Source: an uncultured Chloroflexota bacterium
GTDB lineage: Bacteria > Chloroflexota > Chloroflexia > Thermomicrobiales > UBA6265
Assembly (NCBI GenBank): GCA_937901745.1
Contig: CALGSZ010000158.1
Span: 4,515 to 68,514 of the forward strand
Direction of reading: 5' to 3'
Length of the DNA stretch: 64,000 nucleotides
Shown: positions 45,817 to 54,361 of the stretch, piece after piece
How positions within the stretch are numbered: the stretch's first letter is position 1
Layout: every line of letters starts with the position of its first letter
Made by a program: the position numbers and the translations under genes
Notes under the pieces: generated by a model
The model's database searches: none
What the model was told of the DNA's origin: nothing
The model's input: the letters and a program-made list of their open reading frames with translations, nothing else

Positions 45817-46800
45817 ATGGGTGGTGCGGCCAAGAGTGGGCAGGCTGGCCGGCCGTTGAAGGTTGGCGTCTGGCTCCCGACCATCGAGCGGACGATGGCC
45901 GGAGAGACACCGCGCTGGACGGACATCCAAACGCTGGCACGAGTCGCCGAGGATGTCGGGTTCGACTCGCTCTGGATGTCGGACCATCTGATCTACCGGC
46001 TGCCGGGCCGGGAAGATCAGCCGGTGGGCATTTGGGAGTGCTGGTCGCTCTTGGCCGCCTTGGCCGCTACCACGCAACGCGTGCAGCTCGGCCCGTTCGT
46101 GAGCTGCATTCCGTTCCGCAATCCGGCGCTGCTGGCCAAGATGGCCGAGACGGTTGACGAGATCAGCGGCGGCCGCCTGATCCTCGGGCTAGGGGCGGGT
46201 TGGCACGAGCCGGAGTTCCGCAACTTCGGCTACCCGTTCGACCACCGCGCGGCCCGGTTCCAGGAAGCGTTCACGATCATCCACGGTCTGCTGACGACCG
46301 GGAAGGTGGATTACGAAGGCCGGTATTACCAGGTGCGGGAGTGCGAGCTGCGGCCGCGCGGTCCCCGGCCGAACGGCGTGCCGATCATGATCGGCAGCAA
46401 CGGTCCACGTGTACTCCGTATGACGGTCCCCTACGTGGCGGCATGGAACAGCGACTGGACGACGCACCCGAGCGAGATTCCGCCGCTGATGGAGCGCGTG
46501 GACGCTGCTTGCCGTGATGTCGGCCGCGATCCGGCGGAGATCGAGCGGACGGCCGCCGTGCAGATTGATCTGCCGATCCGCGACCCGGCCCGGAGTGGCC
46601 GCGCGGTCATGTCCGGGGCGACGGCGCCGGGCGTAAATCCGGTGCAGCCCGCCACCGGCGACGCCGACGAGCTGGCCGAGTTGCTGCGGGGGTACGCGGC
46701 GGTCGGGATCAGCCACGTCCAGCTTTGGCTCGAGCCCGCGACGACGGCTGGCTTCGAGTGGTTCGCCAGCGTTCTCGAGCGCCTGGACCGGTCCGGGTAG
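45817..46800 (+). CDS. LLM class (luciferase-like) flavin/F420-dependent oxidoreductase
   Basis: VAEDVGFDSLWMSDHL, SGGRLILGLGAGWHEPEF and the overall TIM-barrel LLM pattern. RBS GGGAGGAG. Confidence 0.85.
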   Translation: MGGAAKSGQAGRPLKVGVWLPTIERTMAGETPRWTDIQTLARVAEDVGFDSLWMSDHLIYRLPGREDQPVGIWECWSLLAALAATTQRVQLGPFVSCIPFRNPALLAKMAETVDEISGGRLILGLGAGWHEPEFRNFGYPFDHRAARFQEAFTIIHGLLTTGKVDYEGRYYQVRECELRPRGPRPNGVPIMIGSNGPRVLRMTVPYVAAWNSDWTTHPSEIPPLMERVDAACRDVGRDPAEIERTAAVQIDLPIRDPARSGRAVMSGATAPGVNPVQPATGDADELAELLRGYAAVGISHVQLWLEPATTAGFEWFASVLERLDRSG

Positions 46801-46844
46801 ACGGCAGCCACTCGACCGACTGGGGCGGGCCAGGCGCTCGCGCG

Positions 46845-47690
46845 TCACTCGCGGGGCGTCGTCCCGGTTTCTAGCCAGCCCGCCTTGGCCCGCGCCGCCC
46901 ACCGGCCGCAGTCGTAGCTGACCTGAACGGGCACGCCGAAACACGCCGAGACGAGCTCGCTGGTCAGGACCTCGGTGGCCGGGCCTGTGGCGATCGCCTC
47001 GCCCTGACGCAAGAGTAGGGCGTGGCTGGTCGTAGGGGGCAATTCCTCCAGGTGATGCGAAACCAGCACCGTCGTCAGGTCCGGCTTGGCGGCCGCCAGG
47101 CTCGCCAGCGCGGCGAGCAGCGCCTCTCGCGCAGGCAGATCGAGACCGGTGGCCGGCTCGTCGAGCAGGAGGAGCGGCGGATCGGGCATCAGCGCGCGAG
47201 CGATCAATACCCGCTGCCGCTCGCCTTGCGAGCAGGTCGTGATCTGCCGGCTGGCGAGGTGGTCGCAGCCGAGGATGGTCAGCAGCTCCCGCGCTCGCTC
47301 CCGCTCCGCGTCGCTGATGCGATCCGGGAGCGGCCAGACGGTGCCCGTGGCGCCGGTCAGGACCACGTCCTCGACCGTGAGCCAGTCGAGCAGCTTGTGC
47401 GTCGGGTTGATGACGCCGATTTGCTCGCGCAAATCCCAGAGATTGGATTGACCCAGCCGGTGCCCGAGGACGGTGACCGCGCCGGCGCTCGGATGGCGGC
47501 CGGCTCTGGCCAGGGAGAGAAGGGTGCTCTTCCCGGAGCCGTTCGGCCCGAGCAGCGCCCAGTGCTCGCCAGCCCGCGCGGTCCAGGTAATGCCGCGCAG
47601 GATCGGTGTCCCATCTTCGACCCAGACCTGCACGTCCTCAAAACAGAGCACTGGCGGTCGTCCGTCTTGCGTTACTGTGTCGCCGTCCAT
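46845..47690 (-). CDS. stand-alone ABC ATPase (ModF/YlmA-like), no adjacent permease
   Basis: Walker A GPNGSGKST, signature CSQGERQRV, Walker B LLLLDEPATGLD. Confidence 0.85.
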   Translation of the reverse strand: MDGDTVTQDGRPPVLCFEDVQVWVEDGTPILRGITWTARAGEHWALLGPNGSGKSTLLSLARAGRHPSAGAVTVLGHRLGQSNLWDLREQIGVINPTHKLLDWLTVEDVVLTGATGTVWPLPDRISDAERERARELLTILGCDHLASRQITTCSQGERQRVLIARALMPDPPLLLLDEPATGLDLPAREALLAALASLAAAKPDLTTVLVSHHLEELPPTTSHALLLRQGEAIATGPATEVLTSELVSACFGVPVQVSYDCGRWAARAKAGWLETGTTPRE

Positions 47691-47804
47691 CCCGTCCTTT
47701 CCATCCGCTCGATGTTGCAGCCGTTACTGCTCGCCGGTACGCCCGGTCGCGGCACGGTGTATAGAATCGCATGAGCGACGGAAATCTTCGCGAGGGGTCA
47801 TGCC

Positions 47805-48830
47805 GTGGGTGTCACTATCGAGGACGTAGCCAGGGAAGCGGGAGTGTCGATCGCGACGGTGTCGCGGTTCATCAACGGACAAACCGTGGCGATCGCGCCC
47901 GCAACGCGCGAGCGGCTGCAACGCGCCGTCGATCGGCTCGGCTACGTCCCGAACGCCGCGGCACGGACGCTGAAGACCGGCCGCACGCGCCTGATCGGCG
48001 TCGCGCTGGCGGACATCGCGCACATGTATTGGAGCGCGATGCTCTCCGGCATCGAGGAGGGGTGCGCCCGACTCGGCTATAGCGTCGTCATCGGGAGCGC
48101 GAGCAATCGCTCCGCCGTTCAAAGCGAGCAGGTGGCGCTCTTCGTCCGGCAGAAAGTGGATGGCCTCTTGCTCAATCCGACCGAGATCGACGAGGCCACC
48201 GTCTCGCGCTGGGCAGCGTTGCGATGCCCGATTGTCATGCTCGATCGGACGGTGCCCGGCCTGCCATTTCCGCTCGTCGCGGTGGATAACGCTTACGGCG
48301 CGCGGCTCGCGGTCGAGTATCTGCTCTCGCTTGGCCACCGTCGGATCGCCTTTATCACCTGGCCAGTGGCGAATTTCAGCAACCGGCAGGAGCGCCTGGA
48401 TGGCTACCGGGAGGCGCTTACCGAGGCCGGGTTGCCGGTGGATCCCGCGCTCATCCGCGTCGCTGAGGAGTCGTGGGATGACGGAGTCCGCCAGACCGTC
48501 GCGCTCTTCAGCCAGCCGAACAGGCCGACTGCCGTCTTCTCGGCAAACATGGAGCTGAATCTGCAGGTCTTGGCGGGCCTCAAGCAGCTTGGCCTGCGCA
48601 TTCCAGACGATGTCTCCGTCGTCGGATTCGACGACTCGCCGTGGGACCCGCTGCTCGATCCGCCGTTGACGACGATCGCGACGCCGCCTCGACGCCTGGG
48701 GATGCTGGCGGCGCTACGCCTGTGTCGCGCCGCCGAGCGGGGCGACCATCTCTCGCAACGGGAGAGCCGGCTCAAGCCGCACCTGATCGTCCGGCGCTCA
48801 GCCGCGCCTGCACCGCACTCGGAGAGCTAA
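47805..48830 (+). CDS. LacI family transcriptional regulator
   Basis: HTH VTIEDVAREAGVSIATVSRFINGQ plus a PBP-like effector domain. GTG start. Confidence 0.9.
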   Translation: MGVTIEDVAREAGVSIATVSRFINGQTVAIAPATRERLQRAVDRLGYVPNAAARTLKTGRTRLIGVALADIAHMYWSAMLSGIEEGCARLGYSVVIGSASNRSAVQSEQVALFVRQKVDGLLLNPTEIDEATVSRWAALRCPIVMLDRTVPGLPFPLVAVDNAYGARLAVEYLLSLGHRRIAFITWPVANFSNRQERLDGYREALTEAGLPVDPALIRVAEESWDDGVRQTVALFSQPNRPTAVFSANMELNLQVLAGLKQLGLRIPDDVSVVGFDDSPWDPLLDPPLTTIATPPRRLGMLAALRLCRAAERGDHLSQRESRLKPHLIVRRSAAPAPHSES

Positions 48831-48884
48831 CGCCGGCCCGGACGCGGGCGGGCGGTACAATGGCAGCGGAGGTCCTGCCGCGCC

Positions 48885-49934
48885 ATGCATCGCCCGCGTC
48901 AAATGGATGTTGCACTCGAAACCGGCCCTGGTGAGGGGCGGCGCGCGAGTCCGGCGCCGGTCAACGCGCTGGCCGAGCGCGTGCTCGAAAACGTCGGCCG
49001 CGTCATCGTGGGCAAGCGCGATGTCGCGGAACTCCTGCTTGTCGCGCTGCTTTGCGAGGGGCATGTCCTGATCGAGGATGTGCCCGGCGTGGGGAAGACG
49101 ACGCTCGCCCGCGCCGTTGCTCGCTCGATCGGTGGCTCGTTCCGACGCATCCAGTTCACGCCGGACCTCCTGCCGACGGATATCAGTGGGTTGACGTACT
49201 TCGACCAGCGGGCGAGCGAGTTTCGGTTCCGTCCCGGTCCGCTCTTCGCCAACGTTGTCCTAGCGGACGAGATCAACCGCGCCACGCCTCGCACACAGTC
49301 GGCGCTGCTGGAGGCGATGGAGGAGCGGACGGTGACCGTCGAGGGCGAGACGATGCCGTTGCCACGGCCGTTCCTCGTCCTTGCGACGGAAAATCCGATC
49401 GAGCTTGAGGGCACCTTCCCGTTGCCTGAGGCGCAGCTCGACCGCTTTCTTCTCCGGCTCGCCGTCGGCTATCCCTCTCATGAGGAGGAGGATGAGCTGC
49501 TGGCGCGGCAGGGCGAGGCGCCGGAGGTCGCCGATTTGCCCGCGGTCACGACACCCGACGAGGTTCTGGCCGCGGCGGAGGCGGCGCGCGCCGTCTACGT
49601 CAGTCCGGAGATTCGCCACTATCTAACGACGATCGTCCGCGCGACGCGGACACACGAGGCCGTCGCGCTCGGCGGCAGCCCGCGGGCATCGCTCGCGCTC
49701 TTCCGCGCCGCGCAGGCATTCGCCGCGATCCGGGGGCGGGAAGCGGTCCTGCCGGACGACATCAAGGCGCTGGTCGAGCCGGTGCTCGGTCACCGCCTGA
49801 TCCTCTCTCCGGAGGCGCGGCTGCGCGGCCGACAGGTGCCGGCGGTGCTGGCCGAAATCATCGCGGAGACGCCGGTCCCGGTCGAGGGAGACGCCGGTCT
49901 GCCGGCCGGCGCCGACGAGCGTGTGCCCCGCTGA
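48885..49934 (+). CDS. MoxR-like AAA+ ATPase
   Basis: Walker A EDVPGVGKTTLA, Walker B VLADEINRA, and TQSALLEAMEERTVTV typical of AAA_3/MoxR. Confidence 0.92.
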   Translation: MHRPRQMDVALETGPGEGRRASPAPVNALAERVLENVGRVIVGKRDVAELLLVALLCEGHVLIEDVPGVGKTTLARAVARSIGGSFRRIQFTPDLLPTDISGLTYFDQRASEFRFRPGPLFANVVLADEINRATPRTQSALLEAMEERTVTVEGETMPLPRPFLVLATENPIELEGTFPLPEAQLDRFLLRLAVGYPSHEEEDELLARQGEAPEVADLPAVTTPDEVLAAAEAARAVYVSPEIRHYLTTIVRATRTHEAVALGGSPRASLALFRAAQAFAAIRGREAVLPDDIKALVEPVLGHRLILSPEARLRGRQVPAVLAEIIAETPVPVEGDAGLPAGADERVPR

Positions 49935-49936
49935 CG

Positions 49937-51232
49937 ATGCGCGCGCGAGCAGCCGCCCCGAGCCAGCCAGAGCCCAGCGACGCCCAGGGGACGGAGCGGA
50001 GCCTCTTCTTCAGCCGGGTCTGGATCGGCGGGGCGGTCGTCGTCCTCCTCATCGGCCTGCTGGCGAGCCAGCCCGCGCTCAGCTTGCTCGCGCTCCTGGT
50101 CCTGGCGACCGCTGGACTCGCGGCTGGCTGGAACCGGCTGGCCCTCCGCCGGGTTGAGTATCGCCGCGAGCTCTTCGCCGATCGTGCCTTTCCGGACGAT
50201 GTCGTCACGCTGACGATCACGGTCGTCAATCGCAAGGCGTTGCCGTTGCCGGGACTCTCGATCGAGGACGAGCTAGACGCCGCGCTTCAGCCGATCGACC
50301 GGGAGACGACGCTGAGCGGGACAAGCGGACGCCGCATTCTGCGCATCGTCACCAGCGTGCGGGCGCACGAGGCGGTCACCTGGCGCATCCCGCTGCGCTG
50401 CACGGCGCGGGGCGTGCACGCGATCGGTCCGGCGACGCTGCGGGCGGGCGACCCATTCGGCTTTTTCTCGACTCGCCGCACGGCGCCGGGAGAGACGAGC
50501 GTGCTCGTCTACCCACGAGTCTCTCCGCTGGCTGAGCTCGGCTTTCCGCCGCGCGCGCCGCTGGGCACGGCTCGACTGCCGCGCCAGCTTCTGACTGACC
50601 CGACGCGGGTGATCGGCGTCCGCGACTATCAACCGGACGATCCGTTCCGGCTCATCCATTGGAAGGCGACTGCCCGGCTTGGGACGCTCCAGGTGCGGAT
50701 CACCGAGCCAGTCACGACTCGACAGCTAGCCATCTTCCTCAATCTCGATACCTTCGAGCGGTATTGGGAAGGGTTGGATGTCGCCACTGCCGAGTGGGCG
50801 ATCGAAGTCGCCGCCGCGATTGCGAAGCATGCCATCGAGGAGCGCGACGCCGTCGGGATCTACGCCAACGGCATTGTTGCCGGCTCCGACCAGCCACTGC
50901 GGGTGCCGCCGAGCCGCAGCGCCACCCAACTCCAGAAGCTGATGGAGGGATTGGCCAGGATCTCGCCATACTCGACGGTCGCGTTCGCGCGGATCCTGGC
51001 GGCGGAGATGCCGCGGCTGCCGTGGGGAAGTACGATCGTCGTCGTGACGTCGCTGGTGCCGGAGAGTCTGATCGCGCAGCTATCCGCGCTGCTCGCCGCC
51101 GGTCACCAGGTGGTGCTGGTCACACTCGGGGAGCCCGACGTGCCGATGCTCCAAGGTCTGATCCTGCACCGTATCCCACTCGATGGCGCCGCTGCCAGTG
51201 ACGTGGCCGTCGCGACGCAAGGAGCGGTATAA
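49937..51232 (+). CDS. DUF58 domain protein (vWA-like partner of MoxR)
   Basis: VRDYQPDDPFRLIHWKATARLGTLQVR is the DUF58 signature. N-terminal TM hairpin. Starts 2 nt after the MoxR stop. Confidence 0.88.
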   Translation: MRARAAAPSQPEPSDAQGTERSLFFSRVWIGGAVVVLLIGLLASQPALSLLALLVLATAGLAAGWNRLALRRVEYRRELFADRAFPDDVVTLTITVVNRKALPLPGLSIEDELDAALQPIDRETTLSGTSGRRILRIVTSVRAHEAVTWRIPLRCTARGVHAIGPATLRAGDPFGFFSTRRTAPGETSVLVYPRVSPLAELGFPPRAPLGTARLPRQLLTDPTRVIGVRDYQPDDPFRLIHWKATARLGTLQVRITEPVTTRQLAIFLNLDTFERYWEGLDVATAEWAIEVAAAIAKHAIEERDAVGIYANGIVAGSDQPLRVPPSRSATQLQKLMEGLARISPYSTVAFARILAAEMPRLPWGSTIVVVTSLVPESLIAQLSALLAAGHQVVLVTLGEPDVPMLQGLILHRIPLDGAAASDVAVATQGAV

Positions 51233-51237
51233 CGCTG

Positions 51238-52749
51238 GTGGCGCCGCCGCGTGGCGCCATCGAGCAACGTGAGATGACCGTGCCCTCCACCGTACCCGCC
51301 ACTCACTCCCCAGAACGATCCTCCCGCCTGCCGCGCGTGGATTGGCGCGGCGAGCTAGTGGTTGCCGCGCTGGCGACGGCTGAGTCGGCGGCGCTCTGGA
51401 TGGTGCTCGATCTCGTCGCGCGGGCGGGCGATGCCCCCGGCGTCCCGGGTTGGGCGATCGGGTTGCTGGTGGTGGCGGCGGCGCTTCTGCCGCGCTGGCT
51501 CGAAGCGGCGGGGTTGTGGGACCGGGGATACGCGGCGGGGACCGTGCTGGCCATCGCCGTGACGACGCTCGTCGCGATCAAGGCTGCCTGCTTCCCGCAA
51601 ATGTCTTGGCTCGACGCGGACTGGATGCGTGACACCTTCGCCGCCTTGGGTTGGCAACCGTCCAGCGCGGAGGTGTCAGTCTGGCTGATCGTCGTCGTGT
51701 CGGCGTACGCGTGGTGGCGTGGACGGACACGCGCCGAGCCGGGGCCGGAGACGGCGCTGACGATGTTGCGGGTCGGGACCGCCGTTGTGCTCGTCGGGGC
51801 GCTGGCGCATGCCGTCGCGGCCGGGAGGGCGACGACGCTCGGTGAGAGCGCCGCGGTGCTGGTTTTCTTCGCCAGCGCGCTCGGCGCACTTGCCGTAGCC
51901 CGACTTCGGCCGGACGGCACGCGCAGCGGCCAGGCATTGGGGCCGCGCTGGCTCGGCGCTCAACTTGTGCCGGTTATCGCGGTGATCATAGCGGCGGTCG
52001 GCGTCGCGGCGATCCTCTCGCCCGGAATCATTGATGCCGTGCTGTGGCTCCTCGCGCCGGCCGTTTGGGCGCTGTCCGTCATCTTCCGCCTGTTCGTCGT
52101 GGTGGTGGCGATCATCGCGTTCATCATTGTCTCACCGATCCTTTGGCTCCTCTCTCGGACCTCGTTCGAGCCGGGAGGGATTCGCTGGCGCAACTCTCTA
52201 GGCGATCCGGGGGCGTGGGTGCAGCAGACGGCGGAGCGCGCGGCCGAGCTACCGCCGGCGATTCGATACGTGGCGGCCGCGGCGATTCTGCTGATCCTCT
52301 TCAGTGGGGCGGCGCGGCTCGTACTGCGACGCCGGCGGCCGGCTCAGTCCGGGGCGGAGGAGGAGCGAGTCTCGGTCCGGGATGAGCGAGGTTTGGTCGC
52401 GCTCGCGCTCGATCTTCTACGGCGGGCTCGCCAGTCGCGGTCGAGCGTGGCCGATCCACTCGCCGGGCTGCGCGGCGATCCACGTTGGCGGTACACCGTC
52501 GCTATCCGCGAGGCCTACGCCGCGTTTCTGCGCTGGAGCCAGTCGCTGGGCGTTCCCCGACCGCCCGGCCGAACGCCGAGTGAGCATGCGGACCGCCTCG
52601 CCGAACGTCTCCAGCGAGAGGACGCGCGTTCGGCCCTCGACGCCCTGACCGCGGGCTATAACCGGGCGCGTTACGGCGCGGCGCCCGCTTCGGCGAAAGA
52701 CGCCAACCAAGTGCTGTCCGCGTGGGCGCGGTTGCGGCAGGGAGAGTGA
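51238..52749 (+). CDS. polytopic membrane protein with a C-terminal DUF4129-like domain
   Basis: At least 8 hydrophobic segments. The C-terminus IREAYAAFLRWSQSLGVPRPPGRTPSEHADRL ... GYNRARYG matches the DUF4129 pattern. No transglutaminase Cys-His-Asp core seen. Alternative start ATG at 51274. Confidence 0.7.
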   Translation: MAPPRGAIEQREMTVPSTVPATHSPERSSRLPRVDWRGELVVAALATAESAALWMVLDLVARAGDAPGVPGWAIGLLVVAAALLPRWLEAAGLWDRGYAAGTVLAIAVTTLVAIKAACFPQMSWLDADWMRDTFAALGWQPSSAEVSVWLIVVVSAYAWWRGRTRAEPGPETALTMLRVGTAVVLVGALAHAVAAGRATTLGESAAVLVFFASALGALAVARLRPDGTRSGQALGPRWLGAQLVPVIAVIIAAVGVAAILSPGIIDAVLWLLAPAVWALSVIFRLFVVVVAIIAFIIVSPILWLLSRTSFEPGGIRWRNSLGDPGAWVQQTAERAAELPPAIRYVAAAAILLILFSGAARLVLRRRRPAQSGAEEERVSVRDERGLVALALDLLRRARQSRSSVADPLAGLRGDPRWRYTVAIREAYAAFLRWSQSLGVPRPPGRTPSEHADRLAERLQREDARSALDALTAGYNRARYGAAPASAKDANQVLSAWARLRQGE

Positions 52750-52752
52750 GAG

Positions 52753-53940
52753 ATGGCTCCATCGCCGCCAGACGCGCCGCTCGGCCTGTATATCCACATT
52801 CCCTTCTGCGCGCACATCTGCCCGTATTGCGACTTCAACACCTACGCGGGGCAGGAGTCGCTCATCCCCCGGTATGTCGCTGCCGTGGAGCGCGATATCG
52901 AGCGGCAAGGAACGGAGCTAGGAGGGCGAGCGGCCGCGACCATCTTCTTCGGGGGCGGCACGCCGTCGCTGCTGCCGCCGGAAGCGATCACGCGGCTCGT
53001 GCGGGCGTGTCGCGCGGCGTTCGACCTGAGCCCAGACGCCGAGATCACGCTGGAAGCAAACCCGAACAGCCTGGATCAAGCTTACCTGGCTGGACTGCGA
53101 GAGGCGGGCGTCAACCGGCTGAGCATCGGCGTGCAGACGTTGCACCGGCGCGGGTTGCGCGTACTTGGCCGGATGCACGAGGCAGCCGACGCCGAAGCGG
53201 CATTCCGCGCGGCTCGGCAGGCGGGGTTCGACAATGTCAGCCTCGATCTCATCTTCGGCTGGCCGGGGCAGACGCTGGCCGGGTGGGAAGAGGATCTCGA
53301 GCGAGTCCTCGCCTGGGAGCCGGATCACCTCTCGCTCTACAGCCTGATCATCGAGCCTGGGACGCCGATGGCCGACGCGGTCTCACGCGGTATCCTGCAT
53401 CCGGCGACCGACGACGAAGCGGCTGACATGTACGAGGCCGCGATCGCGATGCTAGAGCGGGCTGGTTGGGTGCACTACGAGGTTGCCAATTGGGCGCGGC
53501 GATCGCCGGCGGATGTGACTTCGGGATCGTTGCCGGAGCGAGCCTCCCGCCACAACGTCATCTACTGGCGGAACGGCGAGTACGCCGCGTTCGGCGCTGG
53601 CGCGCACGCGCGGATCGGCGACCGGCGGATGATGAGCCACCTCCTGCCTGCCAGGTACATCGAGGCGATCGAGACCGAGCAATCGCCCATCTCGAACGAA
53701 GAGCGCCTGACGCCGGAGATCGCGATGGGTGAGACGATGATGCTCGGTCTGCGCCTGCTATGTGAAGGCGTGGACGATTCCGCCTTTCGGGTACGGCACG
53801 GCGTCGGATTGTTAGAGCGGTTCGGCTCGACAATCGCCGAGCTAGAACGACTCGGCCTGCTGCAGCGCGAGGATGGGCGCGTACGGCTGACGCATCGTGG
53901 CCTGATGGTCGCGAACGATGTCTGCGCCCGGTTCCTCTAG
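52753..53940 (+). CDS. hemW: radical SAM family heme chaperone HemW (coproporphyrinogen III oxidase-like)
   Basis: LYIHIPFCAHICPYCDFN (CxxxCxxC), GGGTPSLL, and a HemN_C-like tail. Confidence 0.9.
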   Translation: MAPSPPDAPLGLYIHIPFCAHICPYCDFNTYAGQESLIPRYVAAVERDIERQGTELGGRAAATIFFGGGTPSLLPPEAITRLVRACRAAFDLSPDAEITLEANPNSLDQAYLAGLREAGVNRLSIGVQTLHRRGLRVLGRMHEAADAEAAFRAARQAGFDNVSLDLIFGWPGQTLAGWEEDLERVLAWEPDHLSLYSLIIEPGTPMADAVSRGILHPATDDEAADMYEAAIAMLERAGWVHYEVANWARRSPADVTSGSLPERASRHNVIYWRNGEYAAFGAGAHARIGDRRMMSHLLPARYIEAIETEQSPISNEERLTPEIAMGETMMLGLRLLCEGVDDSAFRVRHGVGLLERFGSTIAELERLGLLQREDGRVRLTHRGLMVANDVCARFL

Positions 53941-54361
53941 TCGCCTGACTGGCAGGCCGATTCCGTCCCACCTCCCCTCAACGGACGCCCCTTCTTACGC
54001 TTCGGGAAATATTCGGTAGAATTTCCGTCACGTGGCGGGAAGCTTCGATCTACCATCGTCCTTGGCTTGTTCCCCTCAATCGGCTAGTTGCTATACGGCG
54101 CGTGGCGGCGATGCCACGTACGATGGGCGCGGAACAAGGCGAGTGTGAGAGCGCCAGGACGGCCCATGTGCGGGGAGCGAAGGACTGACCTGGGGCGCTT
54201 GCCGAGCGCGGCGTTGCCCTGCTGGCGGGCATGAAGCTGCCGCGCGGCACCTGTCGAAAACGCGGTCGTACATCGGGAATAGACGACAAGGGGCAGTGTC
54301 CGGAGGACCGCTCCTGGATGCTCCGCTGACCGCTTCGCTCGATTCGGGAAGGAGGCTGCCG

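Noticed and set aside
48885-52749. MoxR-DUF58 triad as a dedicated conflict/defence system
   Set aside because: The architecture is the widespread housekeeping-type MoxR/DUF58 operon. It has no nuclease, protease or other effector domain and no mobile-element context. I kept it only as a lower-interest finding because of the atypical third gene.
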